Assembly (NCBI RefSeq): GCF_024223415.1
Contig: NZ_CP100500.1
Source: Escherichia coli
GTDB taxonomy: Bacteria > Pseudomonadota > Gammaproteobacteria > Enterobacterales > Enterobacteriaceae
Length of the DNA: 64,000 nt
Strand: one strand, 5' to 3'
Shown: piece after piece, positions 19,779 to 31,436 of the stretch
How the letters are laid out: each line of letters begins with the position of its first letter
Numbering within the stretch: position 1 is the first letter of the stretch
Translations under genes and position numbers: made by a program
Notes under the pieces: generated by a model
What the model was told of the DNA's origin: nothing
Database searches by the model: none
Seen by the model: the letters and a program-made list of their open reading frames with translations, nothing else

Positions 19779-20774
19779 TTAATCAAAATATTGCGTCTGG
19801 ATAAATTCACTGAGCTGCCGCAGGCCGGTGCGCGGTGAGAGCGTATTGTTTTTGACCGCTAAAAGCGTCTGGCGGTAATAGCGATCGAAATCTTCATTCG
19901 CGAACAGGTGATTCAGTACTTCTTCTTCGGTCTGCTTACGCAGCCATTCCACCGATTGTTGTTGCCGCACTTGTTGTAAACGACCACTGGCAGTTAGCGC
20001 GGTTTTGAAGTCGATGATGGCGTGCCAGATCTCATCGATTCCACGTTTTTCCAGTGCGCTACAAGTCAGAACCCGTGGCTGCCATTCGTCGTATTTACGT
20101 CGCAGAATATGCAGGGCACTCTCGTACATATGCCGGGCAATGGCGACATTGGTATGGTTATCGCCATCGTCTTTGTTGATAACGATCAGATCAGCCACTT
20201 CCATCAGCCCTTTTTTAATGCCCTGCAGATCATCGCCGCCACCGGCAATTTGCAACGAGATAAAACAGTCCACCATGCGGGCGACTTCCGTTTCCGACTG
20301 CCCGACGCCAACCGTTTCGACAATCACTACGTCATAACCCGCCGCTTCGCATAACAGCATTAATTCCCGCGCTCGCTGACTGGCACCGCCCAGATGACCG
20401 GAGGATGGTACCGGGCGAATAAACGCCGTCTCGGCACGCGCCAGGTCATTCATGCGGGTTTTATCCCCGAGAATGCTACCGCCAGTGACCGGACTGCTGG
20501 GATCGACCGCAATAACCGCAACCTTTAATCCATCACGAATCAACAACATGCCAAAGGCTTCAAGAAAGGTACTTTTCCCCGCGCCGGGTGTGCCGGTAAC
20601 GCCCAGTCGCAGGGCGTTACCGCAGTACGGCATAATGGCATCAAGCAGTTGCGTACTTAGCGCCTGATGACGCGGGTGACGGCTTTCCACCAGCGTCATG
20701 GCTTGGGCGAGTGTGGCACGCTCACCCTGACGTAAGCGGCGAATACTTTCTGCCAGCGTGGCTTCATTAATCAT
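19779..20774 (-). CDS. argK: methylmalonyl-CoA mutase-associated GTPase (MeaB/ArgK)
   Basis: 331 aa, P-loop GTPGAGKST. Confidence 0.9.
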   Translation of the reverse strand: MINEATLAESIRRLRQGERATLAQAMTLVESRHPRHQALSTQLLDAIMPYCGNALRLGVTGTPGAGKSTFLEAFGMLLIRDGLKVAVIAVDPSSPVTGGSILGDKTRMNDLARAETAFIRPVPSSGHLGGASQRARELMLLCEAAGYDVVIVETVGVGQSETEVARMVDCFISLQIAGGGDDLQGIKKGLMEVADLIVINKDDGDNHTNVAIARHMYESALHILRRKYDEWQPRVLTCSALEKRGIDEIWHAIIDFKTALTASGRLQQVRQQQSVEWLRKQTEEEVLNHLFANEDFDRYYRQTLLAVKNNTLSPRTGLRQLSEFIQTQYFD

Positions 20775-22911
20775 GATGCTGGCTTATCAGATTCAGTACG
20801 TCGCGCACACTGTCGAGCATAGGTGTACCTGGACCATAAATCGCCGCCACGCCGCGCTCTTGCAGGAAGGCGTAATCCTGCGGTGGAATGACGCCACCGG
20901 CGACTACGCAGATATCTTCGCGTCCCCATTTTTTCAGCGCTTCGACCAGTTCCGGGATCAGCGTTTTATGACCGGCAGCCAGTGAGGATGCGCCCACTAC
21001 GTGAACGTCATTTTCTACTGCCAGGCGGGCGATCTCTTCAGGTGTAGAGAACATCGGGCTTAAATCTACGTCGAAACCGAGATCGGAATAGGCGCTGGCG
21101 ATCACTTTCGCGCCGCGATCGTGCCCATCCTGGCCCATTTTGGCGATCAGAATGCGCGGGCGACGACCATTGTCGGCAAGGAACTGCTCCGTTTGCGCAA
21201 CAATGGCATCGAACTCGGAGGCCGATTTCTCAGATTGATGATAGCTTTGCGCAATCACGCCGGTAACACACTGGCTTGGCACCAGATAACGGTCGAAAGC
21301 GGCTTCCAGCGCATCGGAAATTTCACCCAGGGTGGCGCGAACGCGAGCGGCATTAACAGCGGCAGCCAGCAGGTTTTCGTTATGCTGTGCGGCGTGAGTC
21401 AGGGCGTTCAACGCGGCGGTTACGGCGGCATTATCACGGGTGGCGCGAATGCGTTCCAGCGAAGCAATTTGCTCGTTACGCACCATCACGTTGTCGATCT
21501 CAAGTACATCGGTTTCGTCTTCGTGATCCAGTTTGTACTTGTTGACACCAACGATGACACGTTTGCCCTGGTCGATAAGCGACTGTTCGCGCGCTGAGGC
21601 CTCTTCGATCATTCGTTTTGGCAGACCTGCTTCGATCGCTTTCGCCATGCCACCGGCTTCGTCGATCTGTTGGATAATAGCTCTGGCTTGTTTGACGATT
21701 TGATCGGTCAGCGACTCAATGTAATAGGATCCGGCCAGTGGATCGACGGTGCGGCAGAGTTCTGATTCTTCCTGGATGATGATCTGGGTGTTGCGGGCAA
21801 TGCGTGCTGAGAAATCGGTAGGCAAACCAAGCGCTTCGTCAAAGGCGTTGGTATGCAGTGACTGAGTACCGCCCAGCGTCGCAGCCAGTGCTTCAATGGT
21901 GGTGCGGATAACGTTGTTATACGGATCCTGTTCAGTCAGGCTCCAGCCTGAGGTCTGGCAGTGGGTACGCAGCGCCAGTGATTTCGGGTCCTGTGCGCCA
22001 AATCCACTGACCGCTTCGCTCCATAAATAACGTGCCGCACGCAACATGGCGACGTTCATAAACAGATCCATGCCGATGCCGAAGAAGAACGACAGGCGAG
22101 GAGCGAAGTCATCAATTTTCAGTCCGGCAGAGATTGCTGCTTTGATGTACTCAATCCCATCAGCGAGCGTAAATGCTACCTGCTGCACGCAGTTGGCACC
22201 CGCTTCACCCATGTGGTAACCGCTGATACTGATGGTATTAAATCGCGGCATGTTGCCGGAACACCAGGCGATGATGTCGGCGATAATGCGCATTGACGGT
22301 TTTGGCGGGTAAATATAGGTGTTGCGGCAGAGGTACTCTTTGAGGATATCGTTCTGAATGGTGCCGGTCAGTTTATCAGGTGTAACACCTTGCTCTTCCG
22401 CGGCGACGATATAAAACGCCAGTACTGGTAGCACTGCGCCATTCATGGTCATCGAAACCGACATTTTATCCAGCGGGATCTGGTCGAACAGGACTTTCAT
22501 ATCTTCCACGGTGTCGATAGCGACGCCCGCTTTGCCGACGTCGCCCGCCACGAGCGGGTTATCGGAGTCGTAGCCTCGGTGGGTGGCAAGGTCAAACGCA
22601 ACGGAAAGACCTTTTTGCCCGGCGGCCAGGTTACGGCGATAAAAAGCGTTGGACTCTTTTGCTGTTGAAAAACCAGCATACTGACGGATGGTCCACGGTT
22701 GGGCGGTATACATAGTGGCACGCGGGCCACGAACGTAGGGCGGCAAACCTGGAAGGGTACCTGTCACCTCCAGATTATCGAGATCGGCTTCGGTATACAG
22801 CGGCTTGATGGCGATCCCTTCCGCGGTTTGCTGAACCAGCGAGTCGACAGTTTTCTCCCGACGGCTCAATTCCTTGTTGGCAAGCTGTTGCCACTCCTGC
22901 ACGTTAGACAT
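20767..22911 (-). CDS. scpA: methylmalonyl-CoA mutase
   Basis: Start at [10 protein letters not shown], 714 aa; C-terminal B12-binding domain. Confidence 0.9.
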   Translation of the reverse strand: MSNVQEWQQLANKELSRREKTVDSLVQQTAEGIAIKPLYTEADLDNLEVTGTLPGLPPYVRGPRATMYTAQPWTIRQYAGFSTAKESNAFYRRNLAAGQKGLSVAFDLATHRGYDSDNPLVAGDVGKAGVAIDTVEDMKVLFDQIPLDKMSVSMTMNGAVLPVLAFYIVAAEEQGVTPDKLTGTIQNDILKEYLCRNTYIYPPKPSMRIIADIIAWCSGNMPRFNTISISGYHMGEAGANCVQQVAFTLADGIEYIKAAISAGLKIDDFAPRLSFFFGIGMDLFMNVAMLRAARYLWSEAVSGFGAQDPKSLALRTHCQTSGWSLTEQDPYNNVIRTTIEALAATLGGTQSLHTNAFDEALGLPTDFSARIARNTQIIIQEESELCRTVDPLAGSYYIESLTDQIVKQARAIIQQIDEAGGMAKAIEAGLPKRMIEEASAREQSLIDQGKRVIVGVNKYKLDHEDETDVLEIDNVMVRNEQIASLERIRATRDNAAVTAALNALTHAAQHNENLLAAAVNAARVRATLGEISDALEAAFDRYLVPSQCVTGVIAQSYHQSEKSASEFDAIVAQTEQFLADNGRRPRILIAKMGQDGHDRGAKVIASAYSDLGFDVDLSPMFSTPEEIARLAVENDVHVVGASSLAAGHKTLIPELVEALKKWGREDICVVAGGVIPPQDYAFLQERGVAAIYGPGTPMLDSVRDVLNLISQHHD

Positions 22912-23114
22912 TATTTGCTCCGTAAAACGCAATCAAAATGAGGGTATTTGCGCCTACGGTGAGCTTTTTACGTGGGTTTGTCGCCAGCAAAAAAAATGCA
23001 TTCAGACGTCGTTTTTTGCCGCCTGAGATTTGTCTATTTTGTGATGTGATTCAAGGAATACAAAAAGAAGTGAGGGCAACGCCTGATATGTGCTATCAGG
23101 CATTATTTGGTGGA

Positions 23115-24008
23115 TTAATCCTGACGAAGGACTTTGTGACCATAATCGAGTAACGCATCAGTGACTTTACGCATCATGCGGCTTTCAGGAGCAAAGCGGT
23201 GCCAGTAGAGCATCCGTCGTTGAAATAGCCCAGGCGTTAAGTCAATCAGTTCACCGCAGGCCAGCTCTTTCTCGATTTGCAGGTGCGGGATCATACAGCA
23301 GGTGGTGCCCTGGCGAGCAAGTTGTACGAACGCTTCTGAAGAATTAACGATATGGCAGGGCACGCTGCCTGGAGGCAGATCGAAGTTTTGCTGCAAAAAG
23401 GCCTGGTGCATATCGTCAAGATGGTCAAACGCGACCACTGGCGCTTTCAGTAATGCCGAACGCGTTACGCCGTTAGGGAAATATTTTTCGGCAAAGGGTT
23501 TTGAGCTGACGAACAGATAGTCGAGCGCACCAAGTTTATCGACAAGACAACTCGGCAGCGCCTGATGTTGAATACTCACCGCGCCGACCACTTCGCCGCG
23601 ACGCAGACGTTCCTGAGTGCGGGTTTCATCTTCTACCTGCAAGTTGAGGCGGATAGGCGAATCAGCCAACACAGGAGCCAGTGCCGGAAGCAACCACGTC
23701 GCCAGACTGTCGGCATTGACCGCCAGTGAAAGCAGCAGCGGAGTCGAACCGGTTTGTTCATCGCCCAGCCACTCTTCTTCCAGCAACTCCACCTGGCGCA
23801 GCAGTGCCAGCAGTTTTTGACCTTGTTCCGTTGGGCGCGGCGGTACGGTACGCACCAACAGCGGCTGCCCGAACATATTTTCCAGTTGCTTAATGCGCTG
23901 TGAGACGGCTGATTGTGTAATGCACAGCTTTTGTGCCGCGCGCTCAAATCCTCGTTCACGTATCACCGCATCCAGTGCCTGTAATGTTCTGTAGTCCGGG
24001 CGTTTCAT
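23115..24008 (-). CDS. argP: LysR-family regulator ArgP (IciA)
   Basis: Start [43 protein letters not shown], 297 aa. Confidence 0.9.
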   Translation of the reverse strand: MKRPDYRTLQALDAVIRERGFERAAQKLCITQSAVSQRIKQLENMFGQPLLVRTVPPRPTEQGQKLLALLRQVELLEEEWLGDEQTGSTPLLLSLAVNADSLATWLLPALAPVLADSPIRLNLQVEDETRTQERLRRGEVVGAVSIQHQALPSCLVDKLGALDYLFVSSKPFAEKYFPNGVTRSALLKAPVVAFDHLDDMHQAFLQQNFDLPPGSVPCHIVNSSEAFVQLARQGTTCCMIPHLQIEKELACGELIDLTPGLFQRRMLYWHRFAPESRMMRKVTDALLDYGHKVLRQD

Positions 24009-24428
24009 TGCTGTTGTCTGCTCCTGGTAAATGCTTTTTCCTGCACTATGACACAATTTTGTGTCAGGTTGCATATACCGAAGCCGTCGGCGGGTAACAT
24101 TTGTATTCGTGGTTAAACGCGCAGCTTAAAAGATCAGGGATTTGCGCTAATGCATTTCGCTCAGCGAGTTCGCGCCCTGGTTGTGTTGAATGGCGTGGCG
24201 TTATTGCCTCAATTTGCCTGTAAACAGGGGCTTGCGAACGGTGAACTGGTGCGCCTGTTTGCACCGTGGAGCGGCATACCCAGATTGTTGCATGCCTTAT
24301 TTGCGGGGCGAAAGGGGATGCCTGGCGATATTTTATGGATGAGTTAACCACGCGGCTTGCCAACGGGGTCTGAATCTCTTTTTTTGTATATAATGCGTGT
24401 GAAATTTCATACCACAGGCGAAACGATC

Positions 24429-25088
24429 ATGACGCAGGATGAATTGAAAAAAGCAGTAGGATGGGCGGCACTTCAGTATGTTCAGCCCGGCACCATTGTT
24501 GGTGTAGGTACAGGTTCCACCGCCGCACACTTTATTGACGCGCTCGGTACAATGAAAGGCCAGATTGAAGGGGCCGTTTCCAGTTCAGATGCTTCCACTG
24601 AAAAACTGAAAAGCCTCGGCATTCACGTTTTTGATCTCAACGAAGTCGACAGCCTTGGCATCTACGTTGATGGCGCAGATGAAATCAACGGCCACATGCA
24701 AATGATCAAAGGCGGCGGCGCGGCGCTGACCCGTGAAAAAATCATTGCTTCGGTTGCAGAAAAATTTATCTGTATTGCAGACGCTTCCAAGCAGGTTGAT
24801 ATTCTGGGTAAATTCCCGCTGCCAGTAGAAGTTATCCCGATGGCACGTAGTGCAGTGGCGCGCCAGCTGGTGAAACTGGGCGGTCGTCCGGAATACCGTC
24901 AGGGCGTGGTGACCGATAATGGCAACGTGATCCTCGACGTCCACGGCATGGAAATCCTTGACCCGATAGCGATGGAAAACGCCATAAATGCGATTCCTGG
25001 CGTGGTGACTGTTGGCTTGTTTGCTAACCGTGGCGCGGACGTTGCGCTGATTGGCACACCTGACGGTGTCAAAACCATTGTGAAATGA
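24429..25088 (+). CDS. rpiA: ribose-5-phosphate isomerase A
   Basis: Start [18 protein letters not shown], 219 aa. Confidence 0.9.
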
Positions 25089-25343
25089 TCTGACGGGGGA
25101 ACCTCCCCCGTTAAAAAAATTCTCTTCATTAAATTTGGTGACATGTGTCACGTTTTTACCTGGCTATTGTCGATTGCTCTAAATAAATCCTCTAAACCAG
25201 CATATTCATCCAAGAATTACCTTTGCGTGATATTTCCTCAACATCGCGACGCAAACGTTCATATTGCCGCAATATTATTTTTTGATATGTTGAAAGGCGG
25301 ACGCAAATCCGCACACAACATTTCAAAAGACAGGATTGGGTAA

Positions 25344-26576
25344 ATGGCAAAGGTATCGCTGGAGAAAGACAAGATTAAGTTTCTGCTGGTAGAAGGCGTG
25401 CACCAAAAGGCGCTGGAAAGCCTTCGTGCAGCTGGTTACACCAACATCGAATTTCACAAAGGCGCGCTGGATGATGAACAATTAAAAGAATCCATCCGCG
25501 ATGCCCACTTCATCGGCCTGCGATCCCGTACCCATCTGACTGAAGACGTGATCAACGCCGCAGAAAAGCTGGTCGCTATTGGCTGTTTCTGTATAGGAAC
25601 AAACCAGGTTGATCTGGATGCGGCGGCAAAGCGCGGGATCCCGGTATTTAACGCACCGTTCTCAAATACGCGCTCTGTTGCGGAGCTGGTGATTGGCGAA
25701 CTGCTGCTGCTATTGCGCGGCGTGCCGGAAGCCAATGCTAAAGCGCACCGTGGCGTGTGGAACAAACTGGCGGCGGGTTCTTTTGAAGCGCGCGGCAAAA
25801 AGCTGGGTATCATCGGCTACGGTCATATTGGTACGCAATTGGGCATTCTGGCTGAATCGCTGGGAATGTATGTTTACTTTTATGATATTGAAAATAAACT
25901 GCCGCTGGGCAACGCCACTCAGGTACAGCATCTTTCTGACCTGCTGAATATGAGCGATGTGGTGAGTCTGCATGTACCAGAGAATCCGTCCACCAAAAAT
26001 ATGATGGGCGCGAAAGAAATTTCACTAATGAAGCCCGGCTCGCTGCTGATTAATGCTTCGCGCGGTACTGTGGTGGATATTCCGGCGCTGTGTGATGCGC
26101 TGGCGAGCAAACATCTGGCGGGGGCGGCAATCGACGTATTCCCGACGGAACCGGCGACCAATAGCGATCCATTTACCTCTCCGCTGTGTGAATTCGACAA
26201 CGTCCTTCTGACGCCACACATTGGCGGTTCGACTCAGGAAGCGCAGGAGAATATTGGCCTGGAAGTTGCGGGTAAATTGATCAAGTATTCTGACAATGGC
26301 TCAACGCTCTCTGCGGTGAACTTCCCGGAAGTCTCGCTGCCACTGCACGGTGGGCGTCGTCTGATGCACATCCACGAAAACCGTCCGGGCGTGCTAACTG
26401 CGCTGAACAAAATCTTCGCCGAGCAGGGCGTCAACATCGCCGCGCAATATCTACAAACTTCCGCCCAGATGGGTTATGTGGTTATTGATATTGAAGCCGA
26501 CGAAGACGTTGCCGAAAAAGCGCTGCAGGCAATGAAAGCTATTCCGGGTACCATTCGCGCCCGTCTGCTGTACTAA
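25344..26576 (+). CDS. serA: D-3-phosphoglycerate dehydrogenase
   Basis: 410 aa, MAKVSLEKDKIKFLLVEGVHQ, NAD-binding GIIGYGHIG. Confidence 0.95.
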   Translation: MAKVSLEKDKIKFLLVEGVHQKALESLRAAGYTNIEFHKGALDDEQLKESIRDAHFIGLRSRTHLTEDVINAAEKLVAIGCFCIGTNQVDLDAAAKRGIPVFNAPFSNTRSVAELVIGELLLLLRGVPEANAKAHRGVWNKLAAGSFEARGKKLGIIGYGHIGTQLGILAESLGMYVYFYDIENKLPLGNATQVQHLSDLLNMSDVVSLHVPENPSTKNMMGAKEISLMKPGSLLINASRGTVVDIPALCDALASKHLAGAAIDVFPTEPATNSDPFTSPLCEFDNVLLTPHIGGSTQEAQENIGLEVAGKLIKYSDNGSTLSAVNFPEVSLPLHGGRRLMHIHENRPGVLTALNKIFAEQGVNIAAQYLQTSAQMGYVVIDIEADEDVAEKALQAMKAIPGTIRARLLY

Positions 26577-26597
26577 TTCCCCTTCTCTGAAAATCAA

Positions 26598-26627
26598 CGG
26601 GCAGGTCACTGACTTGCCCGTTTTTTT
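26598..26627 (+). terminator. serA rho-independent terminator
   Basis: gggcaggtc-act-gacttgccc hairpin followed by T7. Confidence 0.75.
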
Positions 26628-26764
26628 ATCCCTTCTCCACACCGTTGCCGCGTTGCGCATTCTACTTTGCGAGTCTGCTCCAGAAAATAAATCAAAGTCA
26701 GATCAATGCGTTGTGTTTATTTAATGGGGATTTACGATGGCGGGACAGCACAGGGCTGTAACGC

Positions 26765-26905
26765 TAAAGCCCTCACCGAAGCGAGGGCTTGAAGGAGAAG
26801 GGTTATGATGCGACTTGTCATCATACTGATTGTACTGTTACTCATAAGTTTCCCAGCTTATTAACAGTCAGTCTCAGGGGAGGAGTCATCCTCCCTTACC
26901 CTTAC
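26765..26905 (-). ncRNA. sibC: Sib antitoxin sRNA antisense to ibsC (ends approximate)
   Basis: Minus-strand sigma70-like promoter TTGACA (26940-26935), 18-nt spacer, TAATTT (26916-26911) downstream of the ibsC stop; known ibs/sib architecture. Confidence 0.55.
26805..26864 (+). CDS. ibsC: type I toxin, Ibs-family hydrophobic peptide (19 aa)
   Basis: atgatgcgacttgtcatcatactgattgtactgttactcataagtttcccagcttattaa encodes MMRLVIILIVLLLISFPAY; GAAGGAGAAG Shine-Dalgarno upstream; below the length cutoff of the ORF track. Confidence 0.75.
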   Translation: MMRLVIILIVLLLISFPAY

Positions 26906-26964
26906 TCACTAAATTAGGTTAAAGAATCAACGATGTCAATCAGGGCGATGCAGGTGTGTCGCCC

Positions 26965-27513
26965 TTACCACTCCCAGACTTTCGACGGTGTAATCACCGC
27001 AGGCAGTGGGATATCCCACTCTTCAGTGGGGAGTTTTTCCACCAACTGACAATCATGCGCATAACCCACCGGTTGCATTTTATAGTGCTGCCAGTTTTGT
27101 AAGGTCCGATCATAAAAACCACCGCCCATTCCCAGGCGCTGACCGTACTCATCAAAGGCGACCAGCGGTGTGATCAACACGTCTAATCGGGAAAGGGGTA
27201 GCACGTCACGCACATCCAATTTTGGCTCATGGATCTTCAACCTGTTCATCACCAGTTCGCTTTGCGGATGGTAATTCAGGAACAGCAAATTACCGGCACT
27301 AAAGGGATGCAAAACTGGAAGATATACGCGCTTACCGGCGCGCCAGAGTTGTTCTATGAGTGGCTGGGTGTCGAGTTCGCCATCAAAAGAGAGGAATACA
27401 GCGACCGTATGTGCCATCACCACCGGGGGATAAGTCATCATCCGGGTAGCGGCTTGTTGACCCATTTCCTGCTGTTGTTCCGGCGTTAACGTACGACGAC
27501 GTTGCCGAATCAT
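26965..27513 (-). CDS. ygfA: 5-formyltetrahydrofolate cyclo-ligase
   Basis: Start chosen at MIRQRRRTLTPEQQ (182 aa); alternative start MTQLPELPL at 27567. Confidence 0.8.
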   Translation of the reverse strand: MIRQRRRTLTPEQQQEMGQQAATRMMTYPPVVMAHTVAVFLSFDGELDTQPLIEQLWRAGKRVYLPVLHPFSAGNLLFLNYHPQSELVMNRLKIHEPKLDVRDVLPLSRLDVLITPLVAFDEYGQRLGMGGGFYDRTLQNWQHYKMQPVGYAHDCQLVEKLPTEEWDIPLPAVITPSKVWEW

Positions 27514-27585
27514 TTTGCGGATTTCTTGTCGGGATAATGTCAGTGGGAGTTCTGGTAGTTGCGTCATGGCTGGTGCCAGATAAGA

Positions 27586-27771
27586 AGGGAATCTCCGAGA
27601 TGCCGCCGCAGGCTGTAACCCTTGAACCCTTGGTTCAAGGTGAATGTGTCGTCGCAGTTTTAAGGCTTCTCGGACGGACCGAGCATGCTCACCAACCGCG
27701 GAGCGCCACATTCTTGTGGTATGAAATATCGGCTCAGGGGACTGGCCCGCTTGCGAACATCTCAGAGAAAT
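27586..27771 (-). ncRNA. ssrS: 6S RNA
   Basis: Reverse complement of AUUUCUCUGAGAUGUUCGCAAGCGGGCCAGUCCCCUGAGCC...GGCAUCUCGGAGAUUCCCU matches over the whole length. Confidence 0.9.
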
Positions 27772-27812
27772 TTTGTCTTCACGGTTACTCTACCACAGTA
27801 AACCGAAAAGTG

Positions 27813-28208
<396 letters not shown>

Positions 28209-28309
28209 CTATAGCTACCCTGATGAGAAGAGACAAGCCCTTTTCTGGTCCACCAGGGCCCAAAGTGGTAGCATATCATGAATATTCCTCCCTTTGACGA
28301 CGAATGCTT

Positions 28310-28888
28310 ATGTCTATACAGAACGAAATGCCTGGTTACAACGAAATGAACCAGTATCTGAACCAACAAGGGACGGGTCTGACCCCTGCTGAGATGCATG
28401 GTTTAATCAGTGGGATGATATGTGGCGGTAACGATGACAGCTCATGGCTGCCGCTACTTCACGACCTGACGAACGAAGGCATGGCTTTCGGTCATGAGCT
28501 GGCACAGGCACTGCGTAAAATGCACTCTGCCACCAGCGATGCCCTGCAAGATGACGGCTTCCTTTTTCAGCTTTATCTGCCTGATGGCGATGATGTCAGC
28601 GTTTTCGATCGGGCTGATGCACTGGCAGGTTGGGTCAATCACTTCCTGCTTGGTCTTGGCGTTACGCAACCGAAGCTGGACAAAGTGACCGGAGAAACCG
28701 GTGAAGCCATCGACGATCTGCGTAACATCGCGCAGCTGGGCTACGACGAAGACGAAGATCAGGAAGAGCTTGAAATGTCGCTTGAAGAGATCATCGAATA
28801 CGTTCGTGTTGCCGCGCTGTTATGCCACGACACCTTTACTCATCCGCAACCGACCGCGCCAGAAGTACAAAAACCGACTCTACACTAA
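28310..28888 (+). CDS. ygfB: UPF0149-family protein
   Basis: Start [13 protein letters not shown], 192 aa; synteny. Confidence 0.85.
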
Positions 28889-28913
28889 AAACAAAAAACG
28901 TAAGGAGAGTGTT

Positions 28914-30239
28914 ATGAGTGAGATATCCCGGCAAGAGTTTCAGCGTCGCCGTCAGGCCCTGGTGGAGCAAATGCAACCCGGCAGCGCCGCGCTGATTTTT
29001 GCTGCACCAGAAGTAACACGTAGCGCCGACAGCGAATACCCCTATCGTCAGAACAGTGACTTCTGGTACTTCACCGGCTTTAACGAACCGGAAGCGGTGC
29101 TGGTGCTGATTAAAAGCGATGACACTCATAACCACAGCGTTCTGTTTAACCGCGTTCGCGACCTGACGGCGGAGATCTGGTTTGGCCGTCGTTTAGGTCA
29201 GGATGCCGCGCCAGAGAAACTGGGCGTTGACCGCGCACTGGCATTCAGCGAAATTAATCAGCAACTTTATCAACTACTTAATGGTCTGGATGTGGTTTAC
29301 CACGCCCAGGGCGAATATGCATATGCTGATGAAATCGTGAACAGCGCGCTTGAGAAACTGCGTAAAGGTTCGCGGCAAAATCTCACCGCGCCGGCAACGA
29401 TGATCGACTGGCGTCCCATTGTTCATGAAATGCGCCTGTTCAAATCGCCGGAAGAGATTGCCGTACTTCGCCGCGCGGGTGAAATCACCGCCCTGGCGCA
29501 TACTCGGGCGATGGAAAAATGCCGTCCGGGAATGTTCGAGTACCACCTGGAAGGCGAAATTCACCACGAATTTAACCGCCACGGCGCGCGCAATCCTTCC
29601 TATAACACCATTGTCGGCAGCGGTGAAAACGGCTGCATTCTGCATTACACCGAAAACGAGTGTGAACTGCGCGACGGCGATCTGGTGTTGATTGACGCGG
29701 GTTGCGAATACAAAGGTTACGCTGGCGATATTACCCGCACCTTCCCGGTCAACGGCAAATTCACTCAGGCTCAGCGTGAAATCTACGACATTGTGCTGGA
29801 GTCTCTCGAAACCAGCCTGCGCCTGTATCGTCCGGGAACTTCCATTCAGGAAGTCACCGGTGAAGTGGTGCGCATCATGGTTAGCGGCCTGGTAAAACTC
29901 GGCATCCTGAAAGGTGATGTTGATGAACTGATCGCTCAGAACGCCCATCGTCCTTTCTTTATGCATGGCCTTAGCCACTGGTTAGGACTGGATGTCCATG
30001 ACGTGGGTGTTTATGGTCAGGATCGCTCGCGCATTCTGGAACCGGGCATGGTACTGACCGTAGAGCCAGGGCTGTATATTGCGCCGGATGCAGAAGTGCC
30101 AGAACAATATCGCGGTATCGGCATTCGTATTGAAGACGACATTGTGATTACCGAAACCGGTAACGAAAACCTCACCGCCAGCGTGGTGAAAAAGCCGGAA
30201 GAAATCGAAGCGTTGATGGCAGCTGCGAGAAAGCAATGA
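28914..30239 (+). CDS. pepP: Xaa-Pro aminopeptidase
   Basis: Start MSEISRQEFQRRRQAL, 441 aa; AGGAGAG Shine-Dalgarno. Confidence 0.9.
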   Translation: MSEISRQEFQRRRQALVEQMQPGSAALIFAAPEVTRSADSEYPYRQNSDFWYFTGFNEPEAVLVLIKSDDTHNHSVLFNRVRDLTAEIWFGRRLGQDAAPEKLGVDRALAFSEINQQLYQLLNGLDVVYHAQGEYAYADEIVNSALEKLRKGSRQNLTAPATMIDWRPIVHEMRLFKSPEEIAVLRRAGEITALAHTRAMEKCRPGMFEYHLEGEIHHEFNRHGARNPSYNTIVGSGENGCILHYTENECELRDGDLVLIDAGCEYKGYAGDITRTFPVNGKFTQAQREIYDIVLESLETSLRLYRPGTSIQEVTGEVVRIMVSGLVKLGILKGDVDELIAQNAHRPFFMHGLSHWLGLDVHDVGVYGQDRSRILEPGMVLTVEPGLYIAPDAEVPEQYRGIGIRIEDDIVITETGNENLTASVVKKPEEIEALMAAARKQ

Positions 30240-31414
30240 GCGTAATCATCGTCGGTGGCGGCATGGCGGGCGCGACGCTGGCGCTGGCTATTTCCCGGTT
30301 AAGTCACGGGGCGCTGCCGGTACATTTGATTGAAGCGACCGCGCCAGAATCACATGTTCATCCGGGCTTTGATGGGCGAGCGATTGCGCTGGCGGCGGGT
30401 ACCTGTCAGCAACTGGCGCGCATTGGCGTCTGGCAATCTCTGGCGGATTGCGCAACCGCCATCACTACCGTGCATGTCAGCGATCGTGGTCATGCCGGAT
30501 TCGTCACCCTCGCCGCAGAAGATTACCAACTGGCGGCGCTGGGGCAGGTTGTCGAATTGCACAATGTCGGGCAACGGCTGTTTGCATTGCTGCGCAAAGC
30601 ACCTGGCGTAACGCTGCATTGCCCGGATCGCGTGGCTAACGTTGCCCGTACTCAGAGTCATGTTGAAGTGACGCTGGAGTGTGGCGAGATGCTGACGGGC
30701 CGCGTGCTGGTAGCCGCTGATGGCACCCATTCAGCGTTAGCCACTGTGTGCGGCGTTGACTGGCTGCAGGAGCCTTACGAACAACTGGCTGTGATTGCCA
30801 ACGTTGCGACTTCCGTTGCGCATGAAGGGCGCGCTTTTGAACGCTTTACGCAACATGGCCCGCTGGCGATGTTGCCGATGTCTGACGGACGCTGTTCGCT
30901 GGTCTGGTGTCATCCACTGGAACGGCGCGAAGAGGTGCTGTCGTGGAGCGATGAGAAGTTTTGCCGTGAACTCCAGTCGGCCTTTGGCTGGCGACTTGGG
31001 AAAATTACCCACGCTGGTAAACGCAGTGCTTATCCGCTGGCGTTAACCCACGCCGCCAGATCTATTACCCATCGTACCGTGCTGGTGGGCAATGCGGCGC
31101 AAACCCTGCACCCGATTGCCGGGCAAGGGTTCAACCTCGGTATGCGAGATGTCATGAGTCTTGCGGAAACCCTGACTCAGGCGCAGGAGCGCGGAGAAGA
31201 CATGGGTGATTACGGCGTATTGTGTCGTTATCAGCAGCGTCGACAGAGCGATCGCGAAGCAACCATTGGCGTCACGGACAGCCTTGTACATCTTTTTGCC
31301 AACCGATGGGCGCCGCTGGTTGTCGGGCGCAACATCGGGCTGATGACGATGGAATTATTTACCCCGGCACGCGATGTGCTGGCGCAGCGCACCCTCGGTT
31401 GGGTGGCGCGTTGA
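30236..31414 (+). CDS. ubiH: 2-octaprenyl-6-methoxyphenol hydroxylase
   Basis: 392 aa, FAD-binding IVGGGMAGATLA. Confidence 0.9.
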   Translation: MSVIIVGGGMAGATLALAISRLSHGALPVHLIEATAPESHVHPGFDGRAIALAAGTCQQLARIGVWQSLADCATAITTVHVSDRGHAGFVTLAAEDYQLAALGQVVELHNVGQRLFALLRKAPGVTLHCPDRVANVARTQSHVEVTLECGEMLTGRVLVAADGTHSALATVCGVDWLQEPYEQLAVIANVATSVAHEGRAFERFTQHGPLAMLPMSDGRCSLVWCHPLERREEVLSWSDEKFCRELQSAFGWRLGKITHAGKRSAYPLALTHAARSITHRTVLVGNAAQTLHPIAGQGFNLGMRDVMSLAETLTQAQERGEDMGDYGVLCRYQQRRQSDREATIGVTDSLVHLFANRWAPLVVGRNIGLMTMELFTPARDVLAQRTLGWVAR

Positions 31415-31436
31415 AGGCGGTTTTAAGGAATAAACA

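Noticed and set aside
25089-25120. Hairpin cgggggaacctcccccg after rpiA as a rho-independent terminator
   Set aside because: It is followed by an A-run rather than a T-run on the plus strand, so it is not a convincing intrinsic terminator in this orientation.
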